A DNA stretch of 64,000 nt, taken from Candidatus Latescibacterota bacterium. GTDB taxonomy: Bacteria; Latescibacterota; UBA2968; UBA8231. Position 1 is the first letter of the stretch. Every line of letters starts with the position of its first letter. Of the stretch, positions 1 to 9,518 are shown one piece after another. Both the position numbers and the translations under genes were made by a program. The stretch covers positions 3,420,305 to 3,484,304 of the forward strand of contig CBDCNM010000002.1 of NCBI GenBank assembly GCA_965219385.1, read 5' to 3'. Under the pieces are notes generated by a model. The model saw only the letters and a list, made by a program, of their open reading frames with translations. It had not been told where the DNA came from and ran no database searches.

Positions 1-227
1 ATGATGAATTCGTCGACGGCATTGTCGACCAGTTCCTTGAGCAATATGTAAACGCCGTCGTCCGGGTCGCTACCCGTGCCCAGGCGACCAATGTACATGC
101 CGGTGCGCAGACGGATGTGCTCGAGCGAACTGAGGGTCTTGATCTTGCTTTCGTCGTACACCGGGGCCTGGCCGTTAGACGATCCGTTTTTGTGCGCCCC
201 ATTCTTGTGCACCCTGTTAGTATTCAT
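1..227 (-). CDS. parE: Type IIA topoisomerase B subunit (ParE/GyrB-like), 5' part, runs off window
   Basis: Manual translation: [10 protein letters not shown]...[52 protein letters not shown], the GHKL ATPase N-terminus (EHIRxRxGMYIG, E-x-x-DN-x-x-DE). Not in the ORF track. ParE versus GyrB is judged from sequence style only. Confidence 0.85.
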   Translation of the reverse strand, partial: MNTNRVHKNGAHKNGSSNGQAPVYDESKIKTLSSLEHIRLRTGMYIGRLGTGSDPDDGVYILLKELVDNAVDEFI

Positions 228-426
228 GATGCCTTTGCCCAATTAGATGGAGTGATGCGCCTAGGCTGCCGCCCTGAGGGGCAGCGATCAACGCGGGAAG
301 ATACACCAGTGGGGACTTTATCTTGCAGGGAGAATGGTGACGGCGGCAAAGGAGAGGAAAGTGCGTCCGACGCCGGGAATTTAAACTACCTGGTCCTGCA
401 CTATAATAAGAAAATCCCTGTCTTTT

Positions 427-455
427 AGTATACTGAACATTTGTTCAGTTGTCAA
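427..455 (-). promoter_or_regulatory. sigma70-type promoter with LexA-like palindrome in the spacer
   Basis: Minus strand TTGACA (455-450), 17 bp spacer, TATACT (432-427); perfect palindrome ACTGAAC-ATTT-GTTCAGT at 432-449. Confidence 0.75.
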
Positions 456-482
456 GCCCTATTCCAGACAGGGTCCAACCTT

Positions 483-1706
483 TCAACCACCCGATACCGG
501 CTTCTTGCTATTGCGCCGGCGCGGGCCTCTCTGGCGCGGCGGCCTCTTGCCGTTCCTGCTCCTTCCCCGGCCTGCCCTCGAGGAGGCCCCCTCCAGGTCC
601 GGTTCGGGACCGCACCACACCGGTTCGATGCGGTTTTCCTTCAGCAGGGTCTTGAGGCTGCCCAGGTCCCGGTTGGCCACAAAGGTCATGGCCGTGCCCA
701 CGCGGCCCATGCGGCCGGTGCGGCCGGTGCGGTGGGTATAGATCTGGGACGAAAACGGAAAGTCGTAGTTGATCACGTGAGTGACGTGGGTGAAGTCCAG
801 GCCGCGCGCCGCCACATCGGTGGCCACCATGAACTTGATCTGCTTGCGACGGAACCGGTTGAAAATGGAGATGCGGCGCTCCTGGTCCAGACCACCGTGG
901 ATGAAGTCCAGCGAGTCGACCCGGCTCTGCAGGTCTTTGTGCAGATCCGTGGCTTTGTCGCGCGAATTGCAAAACATCAGGGCCTGCTGGATGTTTTCCT
1001 TTTTCAAGTAGTCCATCAGCGCCTGGAGGCGGTTGCGGCCGGTGTGCAGAAAGTGGTGCGCCAGGGACTGGGGCGCTATCTGGTCTTTGTTCAGTTCGAC
1101 GCGCACTGGATCTTTGAGGTAGGTTCGCGCCAGGCGGTCAATTTCCCGGGGCATGGTAGCGGAAAACAACAGGGTCCGATGTTGGTGGATCAGGCAGGAC
1201 AGGATAAAGTCCACGTCCTCGATAAACCCCATCTTCAACATCTCGTCCGCCTCGTCCAGCACCACGGCCCGCACCTGGGTGAGGTCGAGGTCGGTATTCC
1301 ACAAAAAGTCGATCAGCCGTCCCGGGGTGGCCACCAGGATATCGACCTTGTGCCGCAGTTTGGCTTTCTGAATGCCCATGTCAAAGCCGCCAAAAACCGC
1401 AAAGGGCACCACCCGGGTGTGGCGCGCGATATCGTCCAGTTCCTGTACGTACTGGAGCGCCAGTTCGCGGGTGGGGACCAGGATCAAGGCCTGGATGGCG
1501 TTCAGGTCGGGGTCGGTGCCCTGGATCAAGGGCACGCCACAGGCTCCGGTCTTGCCCGAACCGGTTTCGGCCAGGCCCATCACATCGCGTCCCTCCAGGA
1601 CGTGGGGAATAACCTGTTCCTGGATAGGGGTCATTTCCTCGTACCGCATTTCGTCCAGGGCTTGCAGTATTTCTGGTTGTAGCTCCAATTCGGTGAATTT
1701 CATCAT
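483..1706 (-). CDS. DEAD-box RNA helicase
   Basis: Q motif, AETGSGKT, PTRELA, TPGR, DEAD, SAT, ARGLD, HRTGRTGR; basic C-terminal tail. Confidence 0.95.
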   Translation of the reverse strand: MMKFTELELQPEILQALDEMRYEEMTPIQEQVIPHVLEGRDVMGLAETGSGKTGACGVPLIQGTDPDLNAIQALILVPTRELALQYVQELDDIARHTRVVPFAVFGGFDMGIQKAKLRHKVDILVATPGRLIDFLWNTDLDLTQVRAVVLDEADEMLKMGFIEDVDFILSCLIHQHRTLLFSATMPREIDRLARTYLKDPVRVELNKDQIAPQSLAHHFLHTGRNRLQALMDYLKKENIQQALMFCNSRDKATDLHKDLQSRVDSLDFIHGGLDQERRISIFNRFRRKQIKFMVATDVAARGLDFTHVTHVINYDFPFSSQIYTHRTGRTGRMGRVGTAMTFVANRDLGSLKTLLKENRIEPVWCGPEPDLEGASSRAGRGRSRNGKRPPRQRGPRRRNSKKPVSGG

Positions 1707-1897
1707 AGATTTTCTTCAAACGCCTCCCCTATTTGTAACGCCTCGACTATTTCCTATCTAAAAGGTGAGCATTTACAGCAAAATACGCAAATGCGGCCCC
1801 AATCCCGAATCACGATTGCGCGATTTTGTTCAGGGCGTATTTTAAGAAGCCTTCCAAGGTTTTCGACCCTGTCCACCTCATGCGCGGAAAAACCATC

Positions 1898-3388
1898 ATG
1901 TCCACTGTCCGGGTGCGCATCGCCCCCTCGCCCACCGGCCCGCCCCACGTGGGCACCGCCTACATCGCCCTGTTCAATCTGGCCTTTGCCCGCAGACACG
2001 GGGGCCGGTTAATCCTCCGCATCGAGGACACCGACCAGAGCCGCTCGCGGCCCGAGTACGAGGAAAGAATCCTGGACGCCCTGCGCTGGCTCGACCTGGC
2101 CTGGGACGAAGGCCCCGACGTGGGCGGCCCCTGCGGCCCCTACCGCCAGAGCGAGCGTCTCGAAACCTACCAGACGCACGTCCGGAAACTGGTCGATGCC
2201 GGCCACGCCTACTACTGCTTCTGCACCGCCGAGCGCCTCGATGCGCTCCGGGCCGAGCAGCGTAGTAACAAGCAGCGACTCGGCTACGACGGCCACTGCC
2301 GCGAGTTGCCCGCCGTCGAAGTCGAGGACAAACTGGGGCAGCAGACGCCTCACGTCATCCGCCTGAAAGTGCCACGGCAAGGCACCTGCACTTTAAACGA
2401 TACCCTGCGCGGCGAAATTTCCTTCGAGTACGCCCACCTGGACGACCAGATTCTGCTCAAATCGGACGGTTTTCCCACCTACCACCTGGCGGTGGTGGTG
2501 GACGATCACCTCATGGGCATCACCCACGTGATCCGCGGCGAGGATTGGATCAACTCCGCGCCCAAGCACCTGTTGCTCTATCACTGCTTCGCCTGGGAAC
2601 CGCCCGTGCACACCCACCTGTCCTTGCTGCTCAATCCGGATCGTTCCAAGATGTCCAAGCGCCGCAATCCCACCTCGATCGATTACTACCGCAAGGCCGG
2701 GTACCTGGGGCCGGCCCTGTGCAACTACCTGGCCCTGATGGCCTATCCGCCCCTGGGCGAGGAGGAGAAATTCAGCTTTGCCCAGCTGGTCGAGCACTTC
2801 GACCTGGATCGCATCAACCTGGGTGGATCCATTTTCGACCTGGAGAAGCTGGACTGGCTCAACGGCCGCTACCTGCGCGAGGACCTGACGCCCGCGGCCC
2901 TGCTCAAGGAAATGAAGCAGTGGCTGCTCAACGACGATTATCTCGCCCCGATGATGCCCTTGATGCAGCCGCGCATGGAGACCCTGGGGGACTTCATGGC
3001 CAAGTGCTCTTTTTTCCTGGCCCGCAAGGTCGAGTGCCAGGCCGGGGACCTGGTGCCGAAAAAACGCACCCCCGAGGAAGTGGCCTCAGTCCTGCAGACG
3101 GTGCTCTGGGCCCTGGAAACAACCCTGCCCTGGAACCGGGACGCCGTGGAAGAGGCGATCAAAAAGGTGAGCGAATTCTGGGAGTGGCCCATCCGCGACC
3201 TCACCGCCCCCCTCTTCGTGGCCGTCATGGGCCAGCAAGTCGGCCCACCGCTCTTCGAGTCGGTTGCGCTTTTGGGCCTCGACCTGACCCGCGCCCGCTT
3301 GCTGGATGCGATCAATGTCCTGGGTGGCCTGTCCAAGAAAAAGGCGAGCAAGCTGGAGAAGGACTGGAACAGGCCCCAAAACGACTGA
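1898..3388 (+). CDS. gltX: Glutamate--tRNA ligase
   Basis: RIAPSPTG, HVGT (HIGH), RIEDTD, HVIRGEDW, KMSKR; start placed at ATG 1898. Confidence 0.93.
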   Translation: MSTVRVRIAPSPTGPPHVGTAYIALFNLAFARRHGGRLILRIEDTDQSRSRPEYEERILDALRWLDLAWDEGPDVGGPCGPYRQSERLETYQTHVRKLVDAGHAYYCFCTAERLDALRAEQRSNKQRLGYDGHCRELPAVEVEDKLGQQTPHVIRLKVPRQGTCTLNDTLRGEISFEYAHLDDQILLKSDGFPTYHLAVVVDDHLMGITHVIRGEDWINSAPKHLLLYHCFAWEPPVHTHLSLLLNPDRSKMSKRRNPTSIDYYRKAGYLGPALCNYLALMAYPPLGEEEKFSFAQLVEHFDLDRINLGGSIFDLEKLDWLNGRYLREDLTPAALLKEMKQWLLNDDYLAPMMPLMQPRMETLGDFMAKCSFFLARKVECQAGDLVPKKRTPEEVASVLQTVLWALETTLPWNRDAVEEAIKKVSEFWEWPIRDLTAPLFVAVMGQQVGPPLFESVALLGLDLTRARLLDAINVLGGLSKKKASKLEKDWNRPQND

Positions 3389-3470
3389 CTGGCGCCTTGG
3401 ATCATCAAGTCCGCCTACGCCAACGGCACGCCGATGTACAACCCGTCTTCCAGGGGCGCTCTGAATTCAG

Positions 3471-4061
3471 GTGAATGCGTCAAAAATCCGCACCTTCATT
3501 GCCATCCGCCTGCCCCATTCCGTGCTGAAAGCCCTGGGGACCCTGTCCGTTGAAGTGGCGCGACCATGGCCGGACAGGAGCGTGCGCTGGGTCCGGCCCG
3601 AGGAGGTGCACCTGACTCTCCGGTTTCTGGGAGATACCGGGCAGGAGCAGGTAGCCGCTGTGCGCGCGGCGCTGGACCAAGTGGCCGCCCGAACCGCACC
3701 CTTTGAGCTGAGGCTGGAAGGCATGGGGTGTTTCCCGAATCCCCGCCGGCCCCAGGTCATCTGGGTGGGCGTGGAGGATCCGGGGAAACAGCTTGCAAAG
3801 CTGCAAAAGGCGGTGGAACATTCGCTGCGGCCCCTGGGCTGGGAGCGCGAAGCCCGTCGGTTCGTGCCGCACTTGACGCTCGGGCGGGTGCGGGAGCGCC
3901 AGCGCCCCCCCCACGGCGAGTGGATGCAGAATCCTCCCCTCCTGGCCTTTCAGGTAGAGGCAGTGGAGTTGATCGAAAGCCGGCTAAAGCCGACCGGGGC
4001 CGAGTACAGCACCCTGCACAGAGCAACGCTAGTGGTCGACCAGATAAATTTAGCTGGCTGA
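3471..4061 (+). CDS. thpR: RNA 2',3'-cyclic phosphodiesterase (2H phosphoesterase)
   Basis: RTFIAI start, two HxT motifs (HLTLRFLG, PHLTLGR). Confidence 0.9.
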   Translation: MNASKIRTFIAIRLPHSVLKALGTLSVEVARPWPDRSVRWVRPEEVHLTLRFLGDTGQEQVAAVRAALDQVAARTAPFELRLEGMGCFPNPRRPQVIWVGVEDPGKQLAKLQKAVEHSLRPLGWEREARRFVPHLTLGRVRERQRPPHGEWMQNPPLLAFQVEAVELIESRLKPTGAEYSTLHRATLVVDQINLAG

Positions 4062-4097
4062 CGGGCAGGCCTCAAAATCAACGCGGTCGTCTACTAG
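4029..4097. mobile_element. Short MITE-like element, family B, copy 1
   Basis: CTAG-TGGTCGACC...GGCCTCAAAATCAACGC-GGTCGTCTA-CTAG; homologous to 50676-50736. Confidence 0.65.
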
Positions 4098-4234
4098 GCT
4101 TGTCCAGGACGTTTTTCAGCTCGGGCTCGGAAGAGATGGCTTAGAGTCCATCGCATTGGCTTTCTTCCGGTGAAAAGATGGTGTATTATTAAATTGTAAA
4201 GACACCGTCTCTCCAACAAAGAAAAGGAGCCCTC

Positions 4235-4996
4235 GTGCCCGGCCGGCCCTATATCCTCGCCGAGACCCACTGGAAAGCAGTGCGCGATACCGCCTACGAA
4301 GTAGCGGTCTTGCCCTGGGGCGCCACCGAAGCCCACAACTTTCACCTGCCCTATTCCACCGATGTGGTGCAGTGCGACCACATCGCCGCGGAAGCGGCGC
4401 GGATCGCCTGGGAACGGGAAGCCAGGGTCATCGTCCTGCCGACCGTGCCCTTCGGGGTCAACACCGGGCAGGTGGATGTGAAACTGGACATCAACCTCAA
4501 TCCTTCGACCCAACTGGCGGTTCTCCAGGACATCGTCGAGATGCTGGAGCACCACGGCATCCCCAAGCTGGTGATCCTCAATGGGCACGGCGCCAATGAC
4601 TTCAGACAGATGGTGCGGGAGCTGTGGCCGCGCTACGAGGTTTTCATGTGCACCGTCGACTGGTACCGCTGGATCGACGCGGCCCTCTTCGAGGAGGTGG
4701 GCGATCACGCCGGCGAGATGGAGACCAGTCTGATGCAGATTTTTGCGCCGGACTGGGTGCTGCCCCTGTCCGAGGCCGGAGCCGGCCGGGAGCGCCGCTT
4801 CAAAATCGCGGCCCTGCGCCAGGGGCTGGCCTGGACCCAGCGCGACTGGATGCAGACCACGGCCGATACCGGGGTGGGCAATCCCGCCCCGGCCAGTCCG
4901 GAAAAGGGGCGGCGTTGTTTTGCGGATGTGTGCGGAAAGATCGGTGAATTCCTGATCGAACTGGCCGGGACGGACCTGGAGGATCTCTACGAGTGA
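4235..4996 (+). CDS. Creatininase family amidohydrolase
   Basis: LPWGATEAHNFHLPYSTD, LNGHGAN, DHAGEMETS metal-binding motifs. Confidence 0.9.
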   Translation: MPGRPYILAETHWKAVRDTAYEVAVLPWGATEAHNFHLPYSTDVVQCDHIAAEAARIAWEREARVIVLPTVPFGVNTGQVDVKLDINLNPSTQLAVLQDIVEMLEHHGIPKLVILNGHGANDFRQMVRELWPRYEVFMCTVDWYRWIDAALFEEVGDHAGEMETSLMQIFAPDWVLPLSEAGAGRERRFKIAALRQGLAWTQRDWMQTTADTGVGNPAPASPEKGRRCFADVCGKIGEFLIELAGTDLEDLYE

Positions 4997-5124
4997 TTTG
5001 AGTATTGCGGCCAGGGTGGGTATATTAGAGTACCTACTGGGTCTGTGTCCTGTCGCCGCCTCGCGACAGCGCTTGATGCGGCCCGGATCGGACGGATGGA
5101 TCACGGAGCAGGAAGGAGGGCAAT

Positions 5125-5922
5125 ATGCCGGAGTTTCAGGATAAGGTGGTGATTGTCACCGGCGGCGCCAAGGGCATTGGCCGGGGCATCTGTCTGGGTT
5201 TTGCCGGCGAGGGCGCCCGGGTGCTGTGCGCGGATGTGGATGTGGAGGCTGGCGAGAAAATCGTCGGGGAGGCTCAGAGCCTGTCTGGGGAAGTGGTTTT
5301 TAACCAGGCCGACGTAGCGCAGGCCGGGGCGTGCAAGGGGCTGGTCGAGAAGGCCGTGTCGCAGTGGGGCGGGGTGGACGTGCTGTGCAACAATGTCGGC
5401 ATTCAATCGGTGGAGAGCTACTTGCCGGCCCACGAATACCCCGAAGAGATGTGGGACCGCATCATCGACGTGAACCTCAAGAGCTTCTTTTTGATGACCA
5501 AGTACTGCGTGCCGGAAATGAAAAAGCGCGGGGGCGGGGTCATCGTCAACACCGCCAGTGTGCAGGGGCTGCAGTCGGCCAGGGGGGTACCCGCGTACGC
5601 GGCCAGCAAGGGCGGGATCCTCTCCCTGACCCGGCAACTGGCCCTCGAGTACGCCGAGGATCACATCCGGGTCCTGGCGGTCAATCCCGGTACCATCGAC
5701 ACCCCGCTGGTGGCCGAGGCTGCCGGGGCCCTGGGGGGCGATTACGAGGCCCTCAAAAGGCGGTGGGGCCAATCTCACCCCATGAAGCGCATCGGCCAGC
5801 CCGAAGAAATCGCTCATGCTGTGCTGTTTCTGGCCAGCGATAAGGCCTCCTTCATGACCGGAGAGTACGTGTGCGTGGACGGAGGCATGATGGCCAAGGG
5901 TGCCTGGGCCGATACTGAGTAG
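5125..5922 (+). CDS. SDR family oxidoreductase
   Basis: TGGAKGIG, NNVG, YAASK, VDGG. Confidence 0.95.
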   Translation: MPEFQDKVVIVTGGAKGIGRGICLGFAGEGARVLCADVDVEAGEKIVGEAQSLSGEVVFNQADVAQAGACKGLVEKAVSQWGGVDVLCNNVGIQSVESYLPAHEYPEEMWDRIIDVNLKSFFLMTKYCVPEMKKRGGGVIVNTASVQGLQSARGVPAYAASKGGILSLTRQLALEYAEDHIRVLAVNPGTIDTPLVAEAAGALGGDYEALKRRWGQSHPMKRIGQPEEIAHAVLFLASDKASFMTGEYVCVDGGMMAKGAWADTE

Positions 5923-5941
5923 GCCGGGGCGTGTTGCTCTG

Positions 5942-6132
5942 GGGCGGCCGTGCGGGAATTGCGCCTCTGGCGTTTTATGATGCCCAGGGCGCTCTTGCCC
6001 CTCGCCACACCCCCAGGCAGGCCTGAGTCCCAGAGCCCCCTTTTCCCCTCCCCACTCCCCCACAAAACGCCGCCGGCACAATCCCCTCCCGGCCTTGAGG
6101 GGCATGTACTTGCGGTATTTCGCGCAATACTT
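5942..6132 (-). mobile_element. MITE family A, reverse copy, one end missing
   Basis: Reverse complement of the modules in 11628-11916 (GGGGCTCTGGGACTCAGGCCTGCCTGGG; GGGGCAAGAGCGCC..TAAAACGCCAGAGG; TCAAGGCCGGGAGGGGA) plus a degenerate left end. Confidence 0.75.
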
Positions 6133-6197
6133 AATCGCGATCCACTTCCATCAGCGGTGGGCTCCACGACGCCGATTTGAACACCTTAGAAGGCTTC

Positions 6198-8615
6198 TTA
6201 CGGGTTCAGGTGGAATTCATCGAGGTTTTCCAGAGGCAAGAGAAGCAAAGGCTCCCCGTTGTGCTCCAGGCGGAACTGCAAATAGCCGAGCAGGGCCTGC
6301 TGGCGTTGTTCGATGCCGAGCAGACGGGGCATGAAGGCTGCCAGGTCGAATAGTGAACTGCGGGGATATTCCACCAGCCGGATGTCCTGGTCGGCGGCAA
6401 TACCGGCCTTTTCCCTGGCCAGCCGGACTGCCGTGTCCAGACCGCCCAGCCGGTCAATCAGCCCCCTGTCCAGGGCGTCGTACCCGGACCACACCCGGCC
6501 CTGGGCCAGGCTGTCAACCTCCTCGAATGACTTGCCGCGCCCCTGGGCCACCTTGGCGACAAAGTCCCTGTACAGGGCGCGGATGGCGTGCTCCATTTTT
6601 TCTTTTTCATCCTCCCTCAGGTTGCGGTCCGGCAGGCTCAGGCCTAGCAAAGGCAGGGTCATGCCAAAGCTCCGGTCCGCGTGGGCGCCGACCTGAACGT
6701 GGTCGGTGGACAGCCCCAGTTTTTCCTTAAAGCCCTGGTTGTAGAGCCATCCGCCGATGATGCCGATAGAGCCGGTAACGGTGTTCGGGGCGGCGACAAT
6801 GGCATCCCCGTACATGGAGATCCAGTAGCCACCGGAGGCCGCCACGTACCCCTGGGAAATGATCACGGGCTTTTTTTCTTTGCACTTTTTCACCGCTGCA
6901 GCCACCAGGTCCGAGGGCAGGAGGTAGCCGCCGGGGGAATCCACCCGCAGGACCACGGCCTGGATGCGCTTGTCCTCGGCCAGGGCTTCGATTTCTTTGA
7001 CCAGCCGGCGCGCTGCAATCCCCTGGTCCATGGCGCAAAACCCCAGAGCATAGACAATGGCGATGTGCGGCTTTTTGCCCCAGGTGAGGTCGCGGGGCCT
7101 GGGGTAGGCCCGGGGGTCGATCAGGTTGGGCTCCCTGCCCTCTACCTGTTCCAGGAAGTTCTCTACCTGTTCCCAGCGGCCCACCTGGTCCACCAGGCCC
7201 TTTTCCAGGGCGCTTTGCGGCAGGAACAGGATCTCTTCATCAACCAGGCGGTCGAAGCCCTCGGGGGTAAGACCCCGGCTCCGGCAGATTTCCTCTCTGG
7301 CCAGGTGGTAAAAATCGTCCAGCAGGGCCTGCCACTGTTCGCGGTCGGCTGGGGACATGTCCTGGCGCGACAGGGACTCGGCTGCGGACTTGTACTTGAA
7401 AAAACGCCATTCTTCAAAGCCTATACCCATTTTTTCCAGCGCGCCCTTTACATAGGTTTGACCAGCGACAAAACCCTCCAGGGTGATCGCGCCGGCCGGA
7501 TCCAGCAAGATGTGGTCGGCCACGGAGGCAAAGTGGTATTTCCCGAGATCGGCGTGGTCGACGTAGGCGACCACCCGTTTGCCGGCCTCTTTGAAGTCCT
7601 GGAGCTTGGTGCGCAGTTCCCAGGCCATTTCGGGGTTGATGTGCATGCCCGAGGTATTGATGGCAATGCCCTTGATCCGCGGGTCGTCCTGAGCCCGCTG
7701 AATCAGCGCCAGGAGCTCCACCAGAGTGCGGGACTGGTCAAAGAAGGCGAAGCGCCGATGGCGGATGGGGCCGAGGAGGTTCAGGTCGAGGTAGCCGGGC
7801 CGGCGGGCCAGACGCTCTCTGAGGGTGCTGGGTTCGAAGGCACCCATCCGGAAGGCGTGGGTGTTGAAGGTGTGATTCCGCTCCTCGTCAAAGCGGGCCT
7901 GGGTCTGGAAAGCGGCCCGGCCCAGACCCAGTTCCAGCCCGAAACCGAGGGTCTTGTTGTCGAAGTAGCGGCCGATCAACCGCAGGCCGGGCACGAGTTC
8001 GAGGCTGGCGCCCCCGCTCCAGTACGCGTCCTCGCCGGCCTTTTTGCTGGCCACGGCATAGTCGGCGAACAGGGTGAGGCGCTCGCTTCCCAGGGGCCGC
8101 AAGGCCAGATCGAGGGTGGCCTCACGAGCCGCAATGGAGAGGGCCGTGGTAAAGGTGAAGCCCAGTGAAAGACGGGGAGAAGGGCGCACGAGGGCGCCCA
8201 CTACCAGCAGGTTTTTGCGCTTGAGGAAGTCGGTCTGGCCGCTCGACCAGCCGTAGCCGATTCCCAGGCTGGTCGAACGGTTTCCGGCGCTCAGGGCGAT
8301 CCGGTAGTCCTTCAAGTCCTCGCCGGGGAGTTCCTGGTGGATAAGACCAAAGCCCAGGCGGGGAAAGCCGGTGAACACGCCCCACTGGTTGGCGACGCCC
8401 TGCTGGTCGGGAGCATCGGTCCAGGTGAAAGAGGTCTCCATCTCCTCCACGTAGGTCAGCAAAGCCGGGTTGATATAACCTTGCAGGCCCGATCCCGACC
8501 CTCCGGGGGAGGTCGACAAGAATTCGCTGCGCACGGGGTAGGGCGCAAAAGCCTGGGCCTGAATGGTTGCCGGGAAAAACAATGTGAGCAGGGCGCTGAC
8601 AAGCCAGTATTTCAT
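6198..8615 (-). CDS. sppA: Signal peptide peptidase SppA (S49) with long N-terminal beta-rich extension
   Basis: Signal peptide MKYWLVSALL..AQA; KYKSAAE, RVDSPGG, AASGGY, TGSIG, AQGRVW motifs. Confidence 0.88.
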   Translation of the reverse strand: MKYWLVSALLTLFFPATIQAQAFAPYPVRSEFLSTSPGGSGSGLQGYINPALLTYVEEMETSFTWTDAPDQQGVANQWGVFTGFPRLGFGLIHQELPGEDLKDYRIALSAGNRSTSLGIGYGWSSGQTDFLKRKNLLVVGALVRPSPRLSLGFTFTTALSIAAREATLDLALRPLGSERLTLFADYAVASKKAGEDAYWSGGASLELVPGLRLIGRYFDNKTLGFGLELGLGRAAFQTQARFDEERNHTFNTHAFRMGAFEPSTLRERLARRPGYLDLNLLGPIRHRRFAFFDQSRTLVELLALIQRAQDDPRIKGIAINTSGMHINPEMAWELRTKLQDFKEAGKRVVAYVDHADLGKYHFASVADHILLDPAGAITLEGFVAGQTYVKGALEKMGIGFEEWRFFKYKSAAESLSRQDMSPADREQWQALLDDFYHLAREEICRSRGLTPEGFDRLVDEEILFLPQSALEKGLVDQVGRWEQVENFLEQVEGREPNLIDPRAYPRPRDLTWGKKPHIAIVYALGFCAMDQGIAARRLVKEIEALAEDKRIQAVVLRVDSPGGYLLPSDLVAAAVKKCKEKKPVIISQGYVAASGGYWISMYGDAIVAAPNTVTGSIGIIGGWLYNQGFKEKLGLSTDHVQVGAHADRSFGMTLPLLGLSLPDRNLREDEKEKMEHAIRALYRDFVAKVAQGRGKSFEEVDSLAQGRVWSGYDALDRGLIDRLGGLDTAVRLAREKAGIAADQDIRLVEYPRSSLFDLAAFMPRLLGIEQRQQALLGYLQFRLEHNGEPLLLLPLENLDEFHLNP

Positions 8616-8644
8616 GATGCCTCTATTCCTGCATTGACCGAACT

Positions 8645-9304
8645 CTACGGCGGGTACTGCGAGGAAGACGCGGAGGAAGATCGGGCTTCCTCCGCGAAAT
8701 GACTCAAATCTCCCTGGCCTTCCCTCAGGACTTCCGCTTTGTCGCCCACCAGTGAAACGATGCTGGAAGGCAGGACCGGGAGCTGGCCGCACTCCAGGAT
8801 GAGATCCACCTCATGCCCCAGGATATCCTCCAGATCCTGCGGGTCGGTGATCACTTCCTCATCGCTGCGATTGGCGCTGGTGCTGATGATCGGGTTGCCC
8901 AGCTCTCCGATCAGGGCCAGAGGAACGGGGTGATCGGGCACCCGCAAACCCACGGTCTTTTGTTTGGTTTGCAACATCCGGGGGGTCTGGCGGGTGGCGG
9001 GCAGCACAAAGGTATAGGGACCGGGCAGGCAGCGTCTGAGGATGCGGTAGGCATAATTGGATACGTGGGCGTAGTGGCTCACATTGGCCAGGTCGGCACA
9101 GACAAAAGACATGGGCTTCCTGGCGTCGCGTCTCTTGATGCGGCGGATGCGTTCCACCGCCTCCTTGCAGGTTATATCGCAGCCGAGGCCGTAGATGGTG
9201 TCCGTGGGATAGATTATAATTCCGCCCCGGCGCAGTACTTCCACGGCGCGTTTTACATGCCGTCCCTTCAGGTGTTCGGGGTCGACGCTCAGTATTTCGG
9301 CCAT
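8645..9304 (-). CDS. Sua5/YciO/YrdC family protein
   Basis: YPTDTIYGLGC, KxR, LPGPYT, STSAN; RBS GAGGAG before ATG 9304. Confidence 0.9.
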   Translation of the reverse strand: MAEILSVDPEHLKGRHVKRAVEVLRRGGIIIYPTDTIYGLGCDITCKEAVERIRRIKRRDARKPMSFVCADLANVSHYAHVSNYAYRILRRCLPGPYTFVLPATRQTPRMLQTKQKTVGLRVPDHPVPLALIGELGNPIISTSANRSDEEVITDPQDLEDILGHEVDLILECGQLPVLPSSIVSLVGDKAEVLREGQGDLSHFAEEARSSSASSSQYPP

Positions 9305-9464
9305 TCTCTTCTCCTCAGAAGCCATCTCGAACTAAAAAATATAAGCGGGATAGCAGCGGTTGAAAAGGAAGAGCAAGCACACCGGCCACGGCATCGGGAT
9401 TGCCGGTGTGAAGTTTTGCTGTTGACCCTTGGGAGGCTTGAAGCCATTTTAAGGCCTGTCCGAC

Positions 9465-9500
9465 TAGAGCCCTTCTAACCTTTAGAGCCCTTCTAACCTT
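9465..9500 (+). repeat. Perfect 18-bp tandem duplication upstream of the cupin RBS
   Basis: TAGAGCCCTTCTAACCTT x2 (9465-9482, 9483-9500). Confidence 0.85.
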
Positions 9501-9518
9501 TAATCAGGAGAAGCGACC

